A stretch of DNA of 33,976 bases, taken from an uncultured bacterium (GTDB taxonomy: Bacteria > Cyanobacteriota > Vampirovibrionia > Gastranaerophilales > Gastranaerophilaceae). Below are positions 12,101 to 19,043 of the stretch, piece by piece. Both the position numbers and the translations under genes were made by a program. The notes under the pieces were generated by a model. It saw nothing but the letters and a program-made list of their open reading frames with translations, was not told where the DNA came from and did no database searches. The stretch's first letter is position 1. Each line of letters opens with the position of its first letter. The stretch is from positions 1 through 33,976 of the forward strand of contig OMVC01000094.1 in assembly GCA_900314375.1 (NCBI GenBank), given 5' to 3'.

Positions 12101-15100
12101 CGCTATAAGCAATTGTTCATTTGTTGCAATTGATAATCCGACAGGAATTACATTTGATTTTTCTGTTGATGTAGCAGAAATCTTAACATCTTTTGCTTTT
12201 AAAATATTGCTGTCTTTATCAATTTCTGCAATAATATCATTTCTATATACATTTACAACAACATCACCGTTTACCCCAACACCTGACTGTGCGGTTGTTA
12301 TATCAAACGTACCTGCAACACCAAGATTATCACTTTTGGAATTTGCTTTTACTTCAATATTATCACCTGCAGTAATATTTGATTTAATTATTTTTGAACT
12401 TATCGTATCGTGAATATAATCTATATCTGCACCACCTGCAAAAGAAAATGCTCCGCCGTCAGTTCCGGCAACAATTGCTCCGGCAATTGCCCAATCGGAT
12501 AAATCATTATCCGCATCAGATAATATCGTTAATTTCCCGATATCTTCCAAAGTAGAATCTTTTATATATGTTGAAATTTCATTTTTTATATTGTTATAAT
12601 TTAATGCCGCACCTGCAGATACTCCGTTTTGAGCACCATAAACAAGTGAACCACCGCCTGCTATATTATAAATATCAACATCACTTTTTGCATTAATGCT
12701 TGTATCAATACTTCCCGATTTTCCTTCATCCATACTGATTGTTGAATTATTAATATATGCTTCAATGGTTGGTTTTAATGTGTTTATAGAAGCAGAGCCC
12801 CCGACTGCTGCTTGAAAACCTTTACCTTCCGCTGCTGTATTTACGGCAGCACCAGCACCAATACCTATATTTAATATCCAATTTTTATTGTTTGCATCTA
12901 TTTTTAATTCAGGATTTTCACCCGAAAAAGTAATTGTTGAACCGTCTATATAAGATTTTACGGAACCTTCTTGTTTATAAATATTAACAGCAGCACCAGC
13001 TCCTACTTTTTTTGATTTTGCAACCGTACCGCCTATTGTAATATTTTTTGACTCTCTGTTGGAATTTACAGTTAAAGTATTTCCTACATTTATGTCTTGC
13101 GAATTTTTTATTGAAGATTCAACATTTGTATTGTCAGTTGTAATATCAACAGCACCTGCTAATGACATTGAAAATTGACTTTGAAGTGCGGTTAAATCAT
13201 TCCCGACAGGATTTCTCATATATTCATCTTCGCCGTCAAACAGATTTCCAAAGATATTTTCATCATCTTGAGCATCATTTGCATTTTGTTGAACATCTTC
13301 TACTTCTGCTTCCTTTTGGGTTACTCCGCCTGAAAATGCTGCTGCTATTTCAACATCAATTTTTTGGTTATATGTATCGGAATTAACCGTTAATGTATCG
13401 GATGAATCAATAATAGCATTATCTATTGTTGCCTTTACGTTTCTATCTATTTCTGTTACATTTACGCTTGCCCCGACCGCAACACCTTGAGAGTTTTGTT
13501 GTACTGTATTATTTATTTCTTCATATTGAGAAGTCCAAGCACCTTGAGCAATTATATTGGTAATTTCATCATTTGCTTCTCTTATATATTTTTCATCTCC
13601 GGAAGCATCTGCATTTTGCTCTTTCCATTTTATTTGACTTGTGTCATCATCACGTTTTACCTTACCGCCTGTTGTTTTTATATGCGCTTTTCCTGCATTA
13701 ACAGATATATCTTTTGCAGTAATCGAATTTTCTCCTGTGATATTTGATATTGTTGATAAAGTATCACCTTTGATTTTTTGAACATTTATGGAACCGTCTA
13801 TTCCGAATTTTTCGGATTTTGCACCGGTCATTGTTATACTCATATACGATTGTTCGGTCGCACTATCAACATTTATACTGCCTTTTTGTGCATCCACGAT
13901 TGAATTATCGATTTTAGCAGTTGTATTATTTGTATAATTGTTCCATAAAACATTCGCTCCTAAACCGAATTTTCCGCCATAGACAGTCGGTTCGTATTCC
14001 CAATCGTATTGTCCCGGAATTTTGTAATTGATTTTTTGTATAAGATAATCAAACATTCCTAATCCGTTATACCCGATAACAGAATTAACTGCATTAACCG
14101 TAAGTTTTCCTTCGTCTGCATTACCTTCTGCCGGATTTATCGTTATACTTGATCCGTTTTGAATAATAGCATTTGTATTATTGTTTACTTCACTATAAAC
14201 AACGGAACCTGATACAGCAGCATTCGAGCCAATAGAATTTGACTGTGCCATATTGTTAAAGAAACCCGAAAGTCTGAATTTTGGTTTCAAGTTATTGTAT
14301 GTAGTTCTGATATTTTGTTCCGCAACACCCGTCATCTCAAATGCCGGTGCCGAGTTATCAGTTTTTGGAGTAATTACATCTGCACTCCATTTTCCGTTTG
14401 CTTCCGAAGCAAATTCCCCACCGACATAGAAACTGTCTATCCCTTGTATTGCAAAAGGTAATTTTAAACCAAAAGTAAGTTTCCCGACATTCATCGGCAA
14501 TTCTGTTGTGGCATCAACTGTTACATTATCAGCTTCAATTTCAGAAGAATCTATAATAGCATTTGTTGTATTATTTTGTTGATTATAAATTACGGATGCG
14601 GACAGCCCGTATTGTCCTTCGCCTTGAGTATCAGTGGTAGCAGCATTTGAAAGTAAATCTATGGTATTTGCCTGAACCGTAACATCACCTGCCGCCACTT
14701 TTGAATTTTCTATCTTTGCGGTCGTATTATTATTAGTATAATTTAAAACAACAGCTCCGCCTGCTTCTGCAAAAGGATTCTCATCTTCACCCGCAGTAAT
14801 AATATTTTGCCCTCTTAATTTTTCAAAAATGTTGTGGTTAAAATATTTCTTCTGTGAATCTTTCAGAAAATCCTGCATGTTTTTATCAAATACTTCGGGC
14901 TTTTTGACCATTTTATCGTCAATACTGCCATCTGCAGCATTTTCCGTAACATTTAAACTTTGAGCAAGAACAACGGTATCTTCTTCTGTATTGATTTCAC
15001 TATCTTTTATAAGAGCCGTAACATTATTTGAAGAATGATTCAATATTGCAACAGCAGAAACTGCAGAGTTACCATGAGATTCTTGATTATTAGAATCTTT

Positions 15101-16480
15101 TTCGCCGGCAACAGCTTCCATTGTGACTTCTGCCGAACTGTTAGCCAAATTTGTCGCAAATACGGTTAAATTTTTTGTGTTTGCCGTTGAATTTATTATG
15201 GAAGCTTCGGTTTCAGTTTTAACATTGTTGTTTAAAATCATTGCCAAAAAACCGTCTTCTAATTTTATCGAAAATAAACTGTCATTATCAATAACAATTG
15301 AATTTTCATTTGTTGAAACTGCCGTAACATCAATATCACCTTTTGTTACATTTAATGTTGAACCGGTAACAATTGCTTTTGATATAGTTTCCGTACCTAA
15401 ACCATACATTCCGACAGGAAGAAACATTGCTAACAGTCCGTTATTTGCATCAAGACTTGAATATGCATCTGTTGAAATTTCAACATTTTTGGCTTCTTCA
15501 GAAATTGCATTAATTGTGGAATTCTCAATATTTACGGTCGCTGAACTTCTTGCACCTTCAAAACCTTCGTAAAAATCCGTACTAAAATACTTATCAAGCG
15601 TTGCTTCATCACTCGTTACAAATTTAATTAAAGACGGAGTTAAAAAATTCGCATTCTCTTCGGTTTCGGAAGAACTTTCGGCATGAATATAAACTGACAA
15701 ATCAGGATTTTCTGAATTCGATGCAGTAGCCTTTAATGCATTAATCGTTGAATTTTTGATTGTTACATCCGCATCCGCTTTTCCGGCAACTCCCCATAAA
15801 GAAAAAACAGAAGGTGTGTCACCGTCAAATATATCCATCAAAGCGCCGGCAATCCATCGACCGTCATCTATAATATTCTCTGTGTTCAGTTTTTTGTTTT
15901 GACTTGCATTTGCGGTTATTTTAACCGTATCACCCGTAATATTTGAATCTTCAACATTTACTTTTGCTTCCACTAAATCAATTCTTTCTTGTCTGTCGAC
16001 CTTTGCGGTTGAAGAAATATCTACTTCATTTGCTCCGATATCAGCTTTTTTAATATCAACCTTTGCTGTTATATTTCCCGCAGCATCCCCAAGTACCAAT
16101 TCTTTATTTGCAACAATCTGAATTTTACCGTCTGAAAGTGCAAAGCCATTTGTATTTGTAATATTATTAGAAACCAAACTGTTAAAGGTTGCTTCTGCCG
16201 CACTCAAATCAGAAAAAGTATTTTCGCCGCTGTAACCTGCAATAATACCTGCCCTATTTGCACCGTCACCAATTTGTATATCACTTCCGTATAAATTTAC
16301 TTCTTCTCTTGCCAGAATTTTACCATTTATTATTATTTTACCGTCGGAAGACTTAATTAAATTATTGTACTCACTGTTATTATATTGGTATTCTTCCAGA
16401 CCCCCGACTTCGTATGCTGACTTAAAGGCATTGTAACTGTTTTGATTCGGAGTCAACACCGATAATGAACCGACATTCAA
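188..16480 (-). CDS. Giant TpsA / filamentous-haemagglutinin-like exoprotein, main body (5,430 codons). It continues in frame from the TPS-domain ORF at 16484..16852 across one TGA.
   Basis: One uninterrupted 16.3 kb frame in visibly AT-rich DNA. The translation is dominated by G/N/S/T/I/V/A-rich beta-helix-type repeats (e.g. ...GAAVNIYKQEGSVKSYIDGSTI..., ...AANVGVNVIDNTVKAYASGNI...) typical of FHA/TpsA passengers. A TPS domain precedes it in the same frame, and a TpsB gene lies 160 bp away. The annotated TTG start at 16478-16480 is probably just an internal Leu codon of the longer gene. Confidence 0.85.
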   Translation of the reverse strand: MNVGSLSVLTPNQNSYNAFKSAYEVGGLEEYQYNNSEYNNLIKSSDGKIIINGKILAREEVNLYGSDIQIGDGANRAGIIAGYSGENTFSDLSAAEATFNSLVSNNITNTNGFALSDGKIQIVANKELVLGDAAGNITAKVDIKKADIGANEVDISSTAKVDRQERIDLVEAKVNVEDSNITGDTVKITANASQNKKLNTENIIDDGRWIAGALMDIFDGDTPSVFSLWGVAGKADADVTIKNSTINALKATASNSENPDLSVYIHAESSSETEENANFLTPSLIKFVTSDEATLDKYFSTDFYEGFEGARSSATVNIENSTINAISEEAKNVEISTDAYSSLDANNGLLAMFLPVGMYGLGTETISKAIVTGSTLNVTKGDIDVTAVSTNENSIVIDNDSLFSIKLEDGFLAMILNNNVKTETEASIINSTANTKNLTVFATNLANSSAEVTMEAVAGEKDSNNQESHGNSAVSAVAILNHSSNNVTALIKDSEINTEEDTVVLAQSLNVTENAADGSIDDKMVKKPEVFDKNMQDFLKDSQKKYFNHNIFEKLRGQNIITAGEDENPFAEAGGAVVLNYTNNNTTAKIENSKVAAGDVTVQANTIDLLSNAATTDTQGEGQYGLSASVIYNQQNNTTNAIIDSSEIEADNVTVDATTELPMNVGKLTFGLKLPFAIQGIDSFYVGGEFASEANGKWSADVITPKTDNSAPAFEMTGVAEQNIRTTYNNLKPKFRLSGFFNNMAQSNSIGSNAAVSGSVVYSEVNNNTNAIIQNGSSITINPAEGNADEGKLTVNAVNSVIGYNGLGMFDYLIQKINYKIPGQYDWEYEPTVYGGKFGLGANVLWNNYTNNTTAKIDNSIVDAQKGSINVDSATEQSYMSITMTGAKSEKFGIDGSINVQKIKGDTLSTISNITGENSITAKDISVNAGKAHIKTTGGKVKRDDDTSQIKWKEQNADASGDEKYIREANDEITNIIAQGAWTSQYEEINNTVQQNSQGVAVGASVNVTEIDRNVKATIDNAIIDSSDTLTVNSDTYNQKIDVEIAAAFSGGVTQKEAEVEDVQQNANDAQDDENIFGNLFDGEDEYMRNPVGNDLTALQSQFSMSLAGAVDITTDNTNVESSIKNSQDINVGNTLTVNSNRESKNITIGGTVAKSKKVGAGAAVNIYKQEGSVKSYIDGSTITFSGENPELKIDANNKNWILNIGIGAGAAVNTAAEGKGFQAAVGGSASINTLKPTIEAYINNSTISMDEGKSGSIDTSINAKSDVDIYNIAGGGSLVYGAQNGVSAGAALNYNNIKNEISTYIKDSTLEDIGKLTILSDADNDLSDWAIAGAIVAGTDGGAFSFAGGADIDYIHDTISSKIIKSNITAGDNIEVKANSKSDNLGVAGTFDITTAQSGVGVNGDVVVNVYRNDIIAEIDKDSNILKAKDVKISATSTEKSNVIPVGLSIATNEQLLIAAANVGVNVIDNTVKAYASGNIGSGDDAQKINNLTVSAYDETTLYSRGGTLALASADAVVNIAGSVNVDKIDKTVEAKIKDADVKANGDVSVLATSINSLGGTKDENNQYTRDDVTTDAYRDKMLTKNENGDYDGLSLNNSFQNWNMFYDLAVGSNISVGGAGIGKVIENTVTAEVSASTVESNTLSIASSDYSVKNIIAGSIAASGKAAAGLQAIYTRDNSTTNALITNGSNLTIADKIEMLANNKKDSYEILIAGSGAGKGVINANVVLNNVTDKATAKIDNTSTDNEIKAGQIKISADEDINSSHIIVTAGGASNLALSVSPTINNYDMTTQSIISATTIKDASIDMNAQSKLGTLDISAGVAGVGQGVSGVGNAIKNSYTNKVKSYIDGATIDTEKAININGNSIIDANNWLATVAVAGQGVSIPVNVLLNYVNSELEAGIKNSKIENAGAITINTNKDKEDVLKNNAIIIGLAGQGVNASVNVIKNEYTNTVSSYVDNTQSTKIDSIDVNAYSKRNTNNINVGIGFTGEGANLMANAVVNELKSTTRSYVDAKSKTLNITNGLNLEAKDIAAARNTLATGKGAGLGAAVGADINLYYSDNLAKTEILSGDSGQINAGSAALNSELLNATNDVSGSVSFGLAAIPVDVQIVEIGKRTGTYSALEQDYINKANSLIPDKLKNTATTPSSDVKTGAISGINGNLKTTNNISINSESKLNGLDKDGNLVDKFKFEKVNINATGATIGVAIKNIQLANNTISEIAGGKVESSGGNVSLNSKSGADVELVYREVEVSGARASGGSVVYNNTAETLAQVKDATVNANDIEINSKSTNKSFVDATNVVVTGADIVTVDLAEVKDTNKTSAIITGNTNIDAKGKLTLHSTTNTDVTSDRLTIPVRAASLVDVTRNEANVNTITRALIENVNGEINAQNLDIITDYDKMSVFSKSNVVAVSAASLAAYNDCGSYMNADFKSGIDSPSALTLNVADTTNITTAKDNGTEGLISKGRMHGVDVDIAGLYEGAFSKAENDAKSVTVLNVKNHTSNNLNINQYLKSTAEAIANNTKVSGLGVAAIAADSKDTSTMTLDISGTNTITQNAVINATHNSNTISDLSGFSFGLLVSGARLRIDSDMKSNTTGNIGGNFDAGSAKITFDTIRNSTLSKSSGSGGFINVSNPEAINNLTGTSVLNIKDITSDDKKGINNWSISNKSTNTFDVTTSNGSGGFINVAVDNLKLTFDTSTNTNIENSNINSTGQVKFEVENKGIIKDQATNVGGGFVAVSTNDVKNNYNSGAKLSLKNTKINAKDIDLKTSSDLRTKDSDYIEYAGTAGGFVAVQDLDLKNTLTQSSEIDIQNSILEATKDIKLHALTSSFFKQKIESNGYGFVSVPRAYNNLEVTNNNKITLDNSSKIKASDELDVSFDSNNTLAVRTVSDARNFEGKPSAYANLYFTVNNTLDNSGSMEAGNLVDINFMNNSINALTQYAHSECHAAVASTNEGTELKRTINNTLNVNSNADITSGKDVEITYSSGKNNVSSTVSWKTVSYALFGIPISDSDSYSVDKPVDNYVLKNNGKIVAGQGNNKYMKINRDGSIDKETLKGFYDDDYILSDGEIISGEIIKQRTLDSIQIEINNINESLEEISQTLISLNETLIDFEDKKDTIQLKIDEINNLINNGAILTNDKQDAQGNSDFNTIIQNDIKALIVSDSDDTKITETQYNTIMTSYNNKLAEIEAQNTAIFNHNAKPENIDNQQPYIEVPTITEFIETQDYGLSDAQKTTISNGYDSVNNNVSMTEKCGFSVYQNSTGKYVAVTTPTGTGNAQTCEELTQFNNAIEDINAQMEPYQDERTSALNTHAMLQANRVSLTSQYNDVYNTASSAYDQHSGSYSITFNDIEPKDAHISVDGAYNHNINGNGIFSVASNGLKVDNYSTRTLLFNDLNIDSVANRSGLIIGGKNHSEFADKTQAVSGAQAYLYVHNRPGHTSFDNLPTSGVHYKSDGSGISGITINNYYDINHPFASTFDITEPTTRSDIYIIGSVNTSGDLNIWNESGGIMIANDSGINSGKMSLISTNNAVVWLIYNETDTTPINIKTNDYIFAQNGFSILTNKDVNIQGTIETGYSNRNITITEDMIKPENLIYDPTSGETNLINLGGDKVSFYLNDTNNIKAIYKDGQIYLYNLPEDITDPLVSISDVNVSLSGKVKMANGLQNIIIDNKTNAQLNVANIYNKQFRGGMTPENINKTEDGEIILNTVDHATTNITSNGKLSLNGIIQNSITTNYNDFPKEKGILNITANNGLEVKPQTKLIDHIPTTVDSILSNGKTTITLNNGQGDINGKITTTGELNISNKGTGALNLNSNISNDASRNVYPETLISEGIINISNEGTGALNIFGDIDETEGAVKVQSNAQTNITGSIYDKKGNIDITSKGLQSSNESKIVTDEGDITITNNDSNLDLKGYISSESGNVSIQNNGTSASIAGFISDNKGDLTIRNTKGDMTISSIILHNSTNRNAEGMISIINDPTGGKLDIQNKVQTFGIGKTEQDKTTAILIDNQSDTNGMSISSEITARIGDIIIKNANDNLSTAGMISNYEKGGVSITNSGLDYTNTASILVKEGDVAITNNGTNGVGKLLLGGSINNQKGNTTVSNKGAITEVSGTIDNVGGNTTITNTNGLTRIVGDVTNKGGDISVINSGDFTEITSAIDNEAGSIHISNSKGNLNITDTAKITNTTENEDDSITIANAGGILNLKGDVESTDKGDIEITNTGNGKANIESNVVANEGDIDISNSNAGELNISGSIIDYNGNIDVTNASTDGTTIASTGKITNVKGDTTITNDKGDLTVQQGAQIVNTESGNIVAENKGGKFTISGLFKHAEIGNITVKNSGNKELDITSTGQVLAANGNINIQNSNDGAMNIAGHITDENGKIDIINSSKDGAEISGTILDKEGDTTIFNAGGALDISGNVADNIGDIKVVNNGADGTNISGVVLAKNGDTTVYNTKGGLDISGNVVDNKGNLDITNNGEDKASISGIVLAKEGDINVYNSNDGALEISGTVKDENGKISITNDSKDGTLISGNVTNVKDDTKITNNDGDLTITETGKVTNTQGGDIDVENNGAKFTVAGLIKHIGDAIGNIFVNNKGDKELEVATTGRIETSNGDIDIDNSNDGGIVVAGFVGSDMGVTDINNTSQDGINITTSGVVNNKDGNIEISNTGANGIDIQGSVKTDKQDIKITNKDSDIRIGEYDSDNDNYINAVAGNVVINQTNGNILNNITDPTSTNTHQNHDLGNPDHAYKTLIAAGNNLTINAKDGDIGSTSHANPGFSINADTRDYTESINVNVGGDLVARATNENETDSRLVNIRAKDSDLKVKDVTSDGNVMLTAADWKQADTRPTPKNDESYFKGYSILNTADVDDAAVSGQMISVIASDNIGSADKKFIYNQDTASNPKSSVSFEAENDINLTGRANSSNETKIYQLVSKHGDIDFDMESDAVIKEITAGKGLRLTQKAQNLTIYNLGTSYSSAGQTGEKFDDMLYPHDDIVYGDSSDKSGESAIPNYAIIRVLDAMDTPNRGDSNLKIYSAYVRGNHGENTQYYPDGSRLADYTLMADNIYANSDKAPDSTISTKENPNGYKQTDKSYDLSGFGIEDGKKYSAQGLNAYGKGDTLSLDVLGVDSDVVNDVVKNPQRNSYNEQKPVDNVPDKFKNDQNRLPFYGYDFRTDNAVISVNDYAPENRGVSFDTLYADNAYINTNDTNLGVQDGYINNYAELRNRDKIAVVDNDYRRIVRPADIQLYTGKTGSFALDLNESINMHTTAPTVYNNPHMLVNGYHSAWNFVNREFKENKDLIDRIDESTALDERRYDESLKRISMRFDTTEDDGLQSNVEIYDISTTGALIRNDKKLKRGKKTTINLKFDDVDINVTAKVVNTKGNMAGVEFVDMPDDVANKILYRYMQQADSMKSNLTTSSL
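191..523 (-). other. PilZ-like domain forming the last ~111 residues of the TpsA
   Basis: ERRYDESLKRISMRFDTTEDDGLQSNVEIYDISTTGALIRNDKKLKRGKKTTINLKFDDVDINVTAKVVNTKGNMAGVEFVDMPDDVANKILYRY. It contains KRxxxR (KRISMR), then DxSxxG (DISTTG) after 16 residues, and the ...GVEF... strand near the end. This is the classical PilZ motif order. Confidence 0.6.
2370..5130 (-). repeat. Array of about 45 short (~19-22 aa) beta-solenoid-type repeats inside the TpsA, with a higher-order ~770-nt duplication
   Basis: Recurrent units such as GDITITNNDSNLDLKGYISSESGNVSIQNNGTSASIAGFISDNKGDLTIRNTKGDMTISS. Long blocks recur about 768 nt apart: ...TNVKGDTTITNDKGDLTV...KFTISGLFKH... near 3480-3630 and ...TNVKDDTKITNNDGDLTI...KFTVAGLIKH... 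near 2715-2860. Confidence 0.85.
7075..7235 (-). other. Heptad-like coiled-coil segment interrupting the beta-helical passenger
   Basis: DSIQIEINNINESLEEISQTLISLNETLIDFEDKKDTIQLKIDEINNLINNG. This composition differs sharply from the flanking G/N/T-rich repeats. Confidence 0.55.
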
Positions 16481-16483
16481 AAG

Positions 16484-16486
16484 TCA
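16484..16486 (-). other. In-frame TGA stop inside the TPS domain, separating the secretion signal from the 5,430-codon body
   Basis: The minus strand reads GGT GCA TCA TGA CTT TTG AAT GTC GGT TCA = G A S * L L N V G S. The reading frame is the same on both sides. Confidence 0.95.
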
Positions 16487-16852
16487 TGATGCACCGACAA
16501 TCATGCCGTTTGGCGAAACAAATATTGCATGTCCGTTATAAAATGAATTGTCTTTTAGCGTTTGAACAAGACCGTTTATTTTGATTTGTTCATTTACAAG
16601 GTTAACAAATTTGGAATAATCGTTTTTATATATAAGATTAGCTATATCACCTTTTGATAAGTCAAATTTATCATAATGTCTAAAACCGGTACTGCCTGAA
16701 ACTTTTGCTGCTTCAATATTATATGTATTACCGTTCGGGGTAATACCCGTTATTTCTGAAGCCAAAGTATTCAAAGGCATACTCATCAACATCATATTTG
16801 CACACAAAATAGATGCTATAATTTTCTTTTTTCCAAAATTTGTTTTTCTCAT
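16484..16852 (-). CDS. N-terminal fragment of the same TpsA: signal peptide plus TPS (haemagglutination-activity) secretion domain, ending at an in-frame TGA
   Basis: MRKTNFGKKKIIASILCANMMLMSMPLNTLA looks like a Sec signal peptide. It is followed by ITPNGNTYNIEAAKVSG..FRHYDKFDLSKGDIANLIY...INGLVQT...GHAIFVSPNGMIVGAS, which matches the TPS-domain pattern including the (N/S)PNG(I/M) motif. Confidence 0.85.
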   Translation of the reverse strand: MRKTNFGKKKIIASILCANMMLMSMPLNTLASEITGITPNGNTYNIEAAKVSGSTGFRHYDKFDLSKGDIANLIYKNDYSKFVNLVNEQIKINGLVQTLKDNSFYNGHAIFVSPNGMIVGAS

Positions 16853-17011
16853 AAATCTTTCACTTTTTTCACACTAAACCATTATAATTTTATACTGAAT
16901 GCACTGATATTGCATATATTTTTTGATACAACTATACAAAAATTTACGTCATAAAAATTTGTGTATTTTTTTATAATTTTTATGGTATTATAATTTCTAA
17001 ATTGAGGGAAT

Positions 17012-18943
17012 ATGAAAAAAAGATTTTTATTAAGTATTATATGCTGTTTGGTAATACAAATTCCGAATTTTGCTGCTCCTGATATACCGCAAAATATTAT
17101 TCCGCAAGCAGGTTCTATTAATGCTCACGATTTGCAAAATTTGGAAAGACAAACTATTGAAAAACAGGTTGAAAAAGACTTTCAAAATTACGAAAAACGC
17201 AAAAATGACGTTAATATAAAATCGGAAAAAGAAAAGAAACAAAAAAGTAAAATTATAAAAGCAAAATTGGAAGATTTTGCAACAAAAGGTGTTTATGTCG
17301 AAAATATCGAAGTATCACCTTCACAAATTCTTACAGAAAATGAAATAAGAGATATTATTGATGATTACACTCAAACAAATCTTTCTTTTGCAAACTTGCA
17401 AGAAATTGTTGCAAAAATAAATAAACTTTATCTTGAAAAAGGTTTTGTAACGGCAAGAGCATATTTACCCGAACAAACAATTGAAAATGAAACCGTAAAA
17501 ATTGAACTTCTTGAAGGTAAAGTTGGTGATGTCAATATATACGATAACAGATGGACACGCACTTCTTATATTGATAAAAGATTAAACCTTAAAGAAGGTG
17601 ATTTATTCAATCTCAAAAAATTAGAAGAAGATTTGATGGTTTTTAATCGTTATAATGACAATGTAGAATTGAATGCAAATTTAGAGCCGGGTAAAAGAGT
17701 TCTTGGAACTACCGATATAAATATTCAAACAAGGGAAAGATTACCTTTTCATTTAACAGCACTAATGGATAATGCAGGAAGAACCACTATCGGGAGATAT
17801 CGTGCAGGCCTTATGCTGCAGCATGACAGTTTATTCGGACTTCGCGACAGGCTAACTTTAGGCGCTTATGCAAATAAATATTCCGTAACTCCTTTTGCTG
17901 ATTATAATATTCCTGTTAATAAAAAAGACGGAAGAATAGGTTTTAGTTTTTCTTCAAGTAATTCTAAAATAGGGCATGGCCCATACAGAATATTTAATAT
18001 TAAAAGCCGTTCGCAGAATTATTCTTTGTATTATTCTCAACCGCTGCATCGTCGTCCTTGGACAGAATTATTAAGCACAACATCTGTTGCGTATAAAAGA
18101 GCAATTACAAGTTTTGACGGACACGATTTATACAAAAATGAAGTTACTACAGCTCAAACAGGTTTAAATTTCAGGTACGATACAAAAAGGGGTATTTGGT
18201 ACATAAATCAAAATGTTAGTTATTCATTCCCTATTTTTGATAAAGCTTCCAATTATTTAAAACTGGACGGCGGAATTTTGAGATTGCATGATTTCGGACA
18301 CGGAATTGTAGGAACTTTAAGGGGCAATTATCAAGTTATTCCTAACAAAAGAGTTGTACCTTATATAGACCAAATAATTGCCGGCGGTGTTGCAACCGTC
18401 AGAGGTTATTCGGAAGGTCTACTTATCGGAAGAAGCGGTTATATTTTAAGTTCCGAATTGTTATTCCCGATTGGTCCGAGATATATAAGAAGTAAAAAAG
18501 ATAAAGAAAAACTTATTCCGTTTAGCGGAAATTATTTGAAAGGTTTCATTTTTGCAGACCACGCGGGAATTTTTCCATATAAAGGAACAGGAATCGGTAA
18601 AGAAGGTTATAATCAAAATGATTTCTTAATGAGTTTGGGTTTCGGATTTAGAATAAATCTTCCGGGGAGTGCATCTTTGAGAATTGCTTGGGGCTTCCCT
18701 GTTATGAGAAATAACCATGAAGAAGTGAATAAATGCGGAAGATTTCATATAGAACTCAGCCTGCAACCTGATTTTGATGCGATGGTTAAATTAAGAAAAC
18801 CTAAAAATGCTGAAAAAGTTAAAATTGATGATGATATAAAATTGGTTAATGAAACAAAAAAAGATACCGTAACATCATCAAAACGTACTGTAATCAAATC
18901 TTTGTCAGATGAACAAAAAAGAAGATTGAGCTATAACAGATAA
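17012..18943 (+). CDS. TpsB-type outer-membrane transporter (ShlB/FhaC/HecB family, POTRA domains plus beta-barrel)
   Basis: Signal peptide MKKRFLLSIICCLVIQIPNFAAP. POTRA-like segment VENIEVSPSQILTENEIRDIIDDY..LSFANLQEIVAKINKLYLEKGFVTARAYLPEQTIENETVKIELLEGKVGDVNI. The C-terminal region has alternating-hydrophobic barrel strands (...SLGFGFRINLPGSASLRIAWGFPV...). It lies next to a TpsA gene, and GAGGGA sits 3 nt before the ATG. Confidence 0.85.
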   Translation: MKKRFLLSIICCLVIQIPNFAAPDIPQNIIPQAGSINAHDLQNLERQTIEKQVEKDFQNYEKRKNDVNIKSEKEKKQKSKIIKAKLEDFATKGVYVENIEVSPSQILTENEIRDIIDDYTQTNLSFANLQEIVAKINKLYLEKGFVTARAYLPEQTIENETVKIELLEGKVGDVNIYDNRWTRTSYIDKRLNLKEGDLFNLKKLEEDLMVFNRYNDNVELNANLEPGKRVLGTTDINIQTRERLPFHLTALMDNAGRTTIGRYRAGLMLQHDSLFGLRDRLTLGAYANKYSVTPFADYNIPVNKKDGRIGFSFSSSNSKIGHGPYRIFNIKSRSQNYSLYYSQPLHRRPWTELLSTTSVAYKRAITSFDGHDLYKNEVTTAQTGLNFRYDTKRGIWYINQNVSYSFPIFDKASNYLKLDGGILRLHDFGHGIVGTLRGNYQVIPNKRVVPYIDQIIAGGVATVRGYSEGLLIGRSGYILSSELLFPIGPRYIRSKKDKEKLIPFSGNYLKGFIFADHAGIFPYKGTGIGKEGYNQNDFLMSLGFGFRINLPGSASLRIAWGFPVMRNNHEEVNKCGRFHIELSLQPDFDAMVKLRKPKNAEKVKIDDDIKLVNETKKDTVTSSKRTVIKSLSDEQKRRLSYNR

Positions 18944-18989
18944 TCCATAATCGAATTATCTTTTTGTAATTTGTTTTTTTATTTTATTC

Positions 18990-19004
18990 CGACTCTTTTT
19001 GTCG
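18990..19004 (+). promoter_or_regulatory. 15-nt palindrome-containing element CGACTCTTTTTGTCG upstream of a TATAAT box (19016-19021) and AAGGAG RBS; putative operator, copy 1
   Basis: Identical 15-mer to 21549-21563 on the opposite strand. Both copies sit in the same position relative to a -10-like box, an AAGGAG RBS and an ATG (39 and 37 nt from the element to the ATG). Confidence 0.6.
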
Positions 19005-19043
19005 CAGTTAACTTTTATAATTGAATTATAAAAGGAGAACGAC

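Noticed and set aside
16484-16486. Alternative genetic code (TGA = Trp or Gly) or selenocysteine as the explanation for the in-frame TGA in tpsA
   Set aside because: All other long genes are intact under the standard code, and Trp is encoded by TGG (e.g. the WW of the flavodoxin). TGA is used as a genuine stop for several ORFs here (19044-19244, 28443-28643, and the double TGA TGA ending pflB). I could not find a convincing SECIS-like hairpin downstream.
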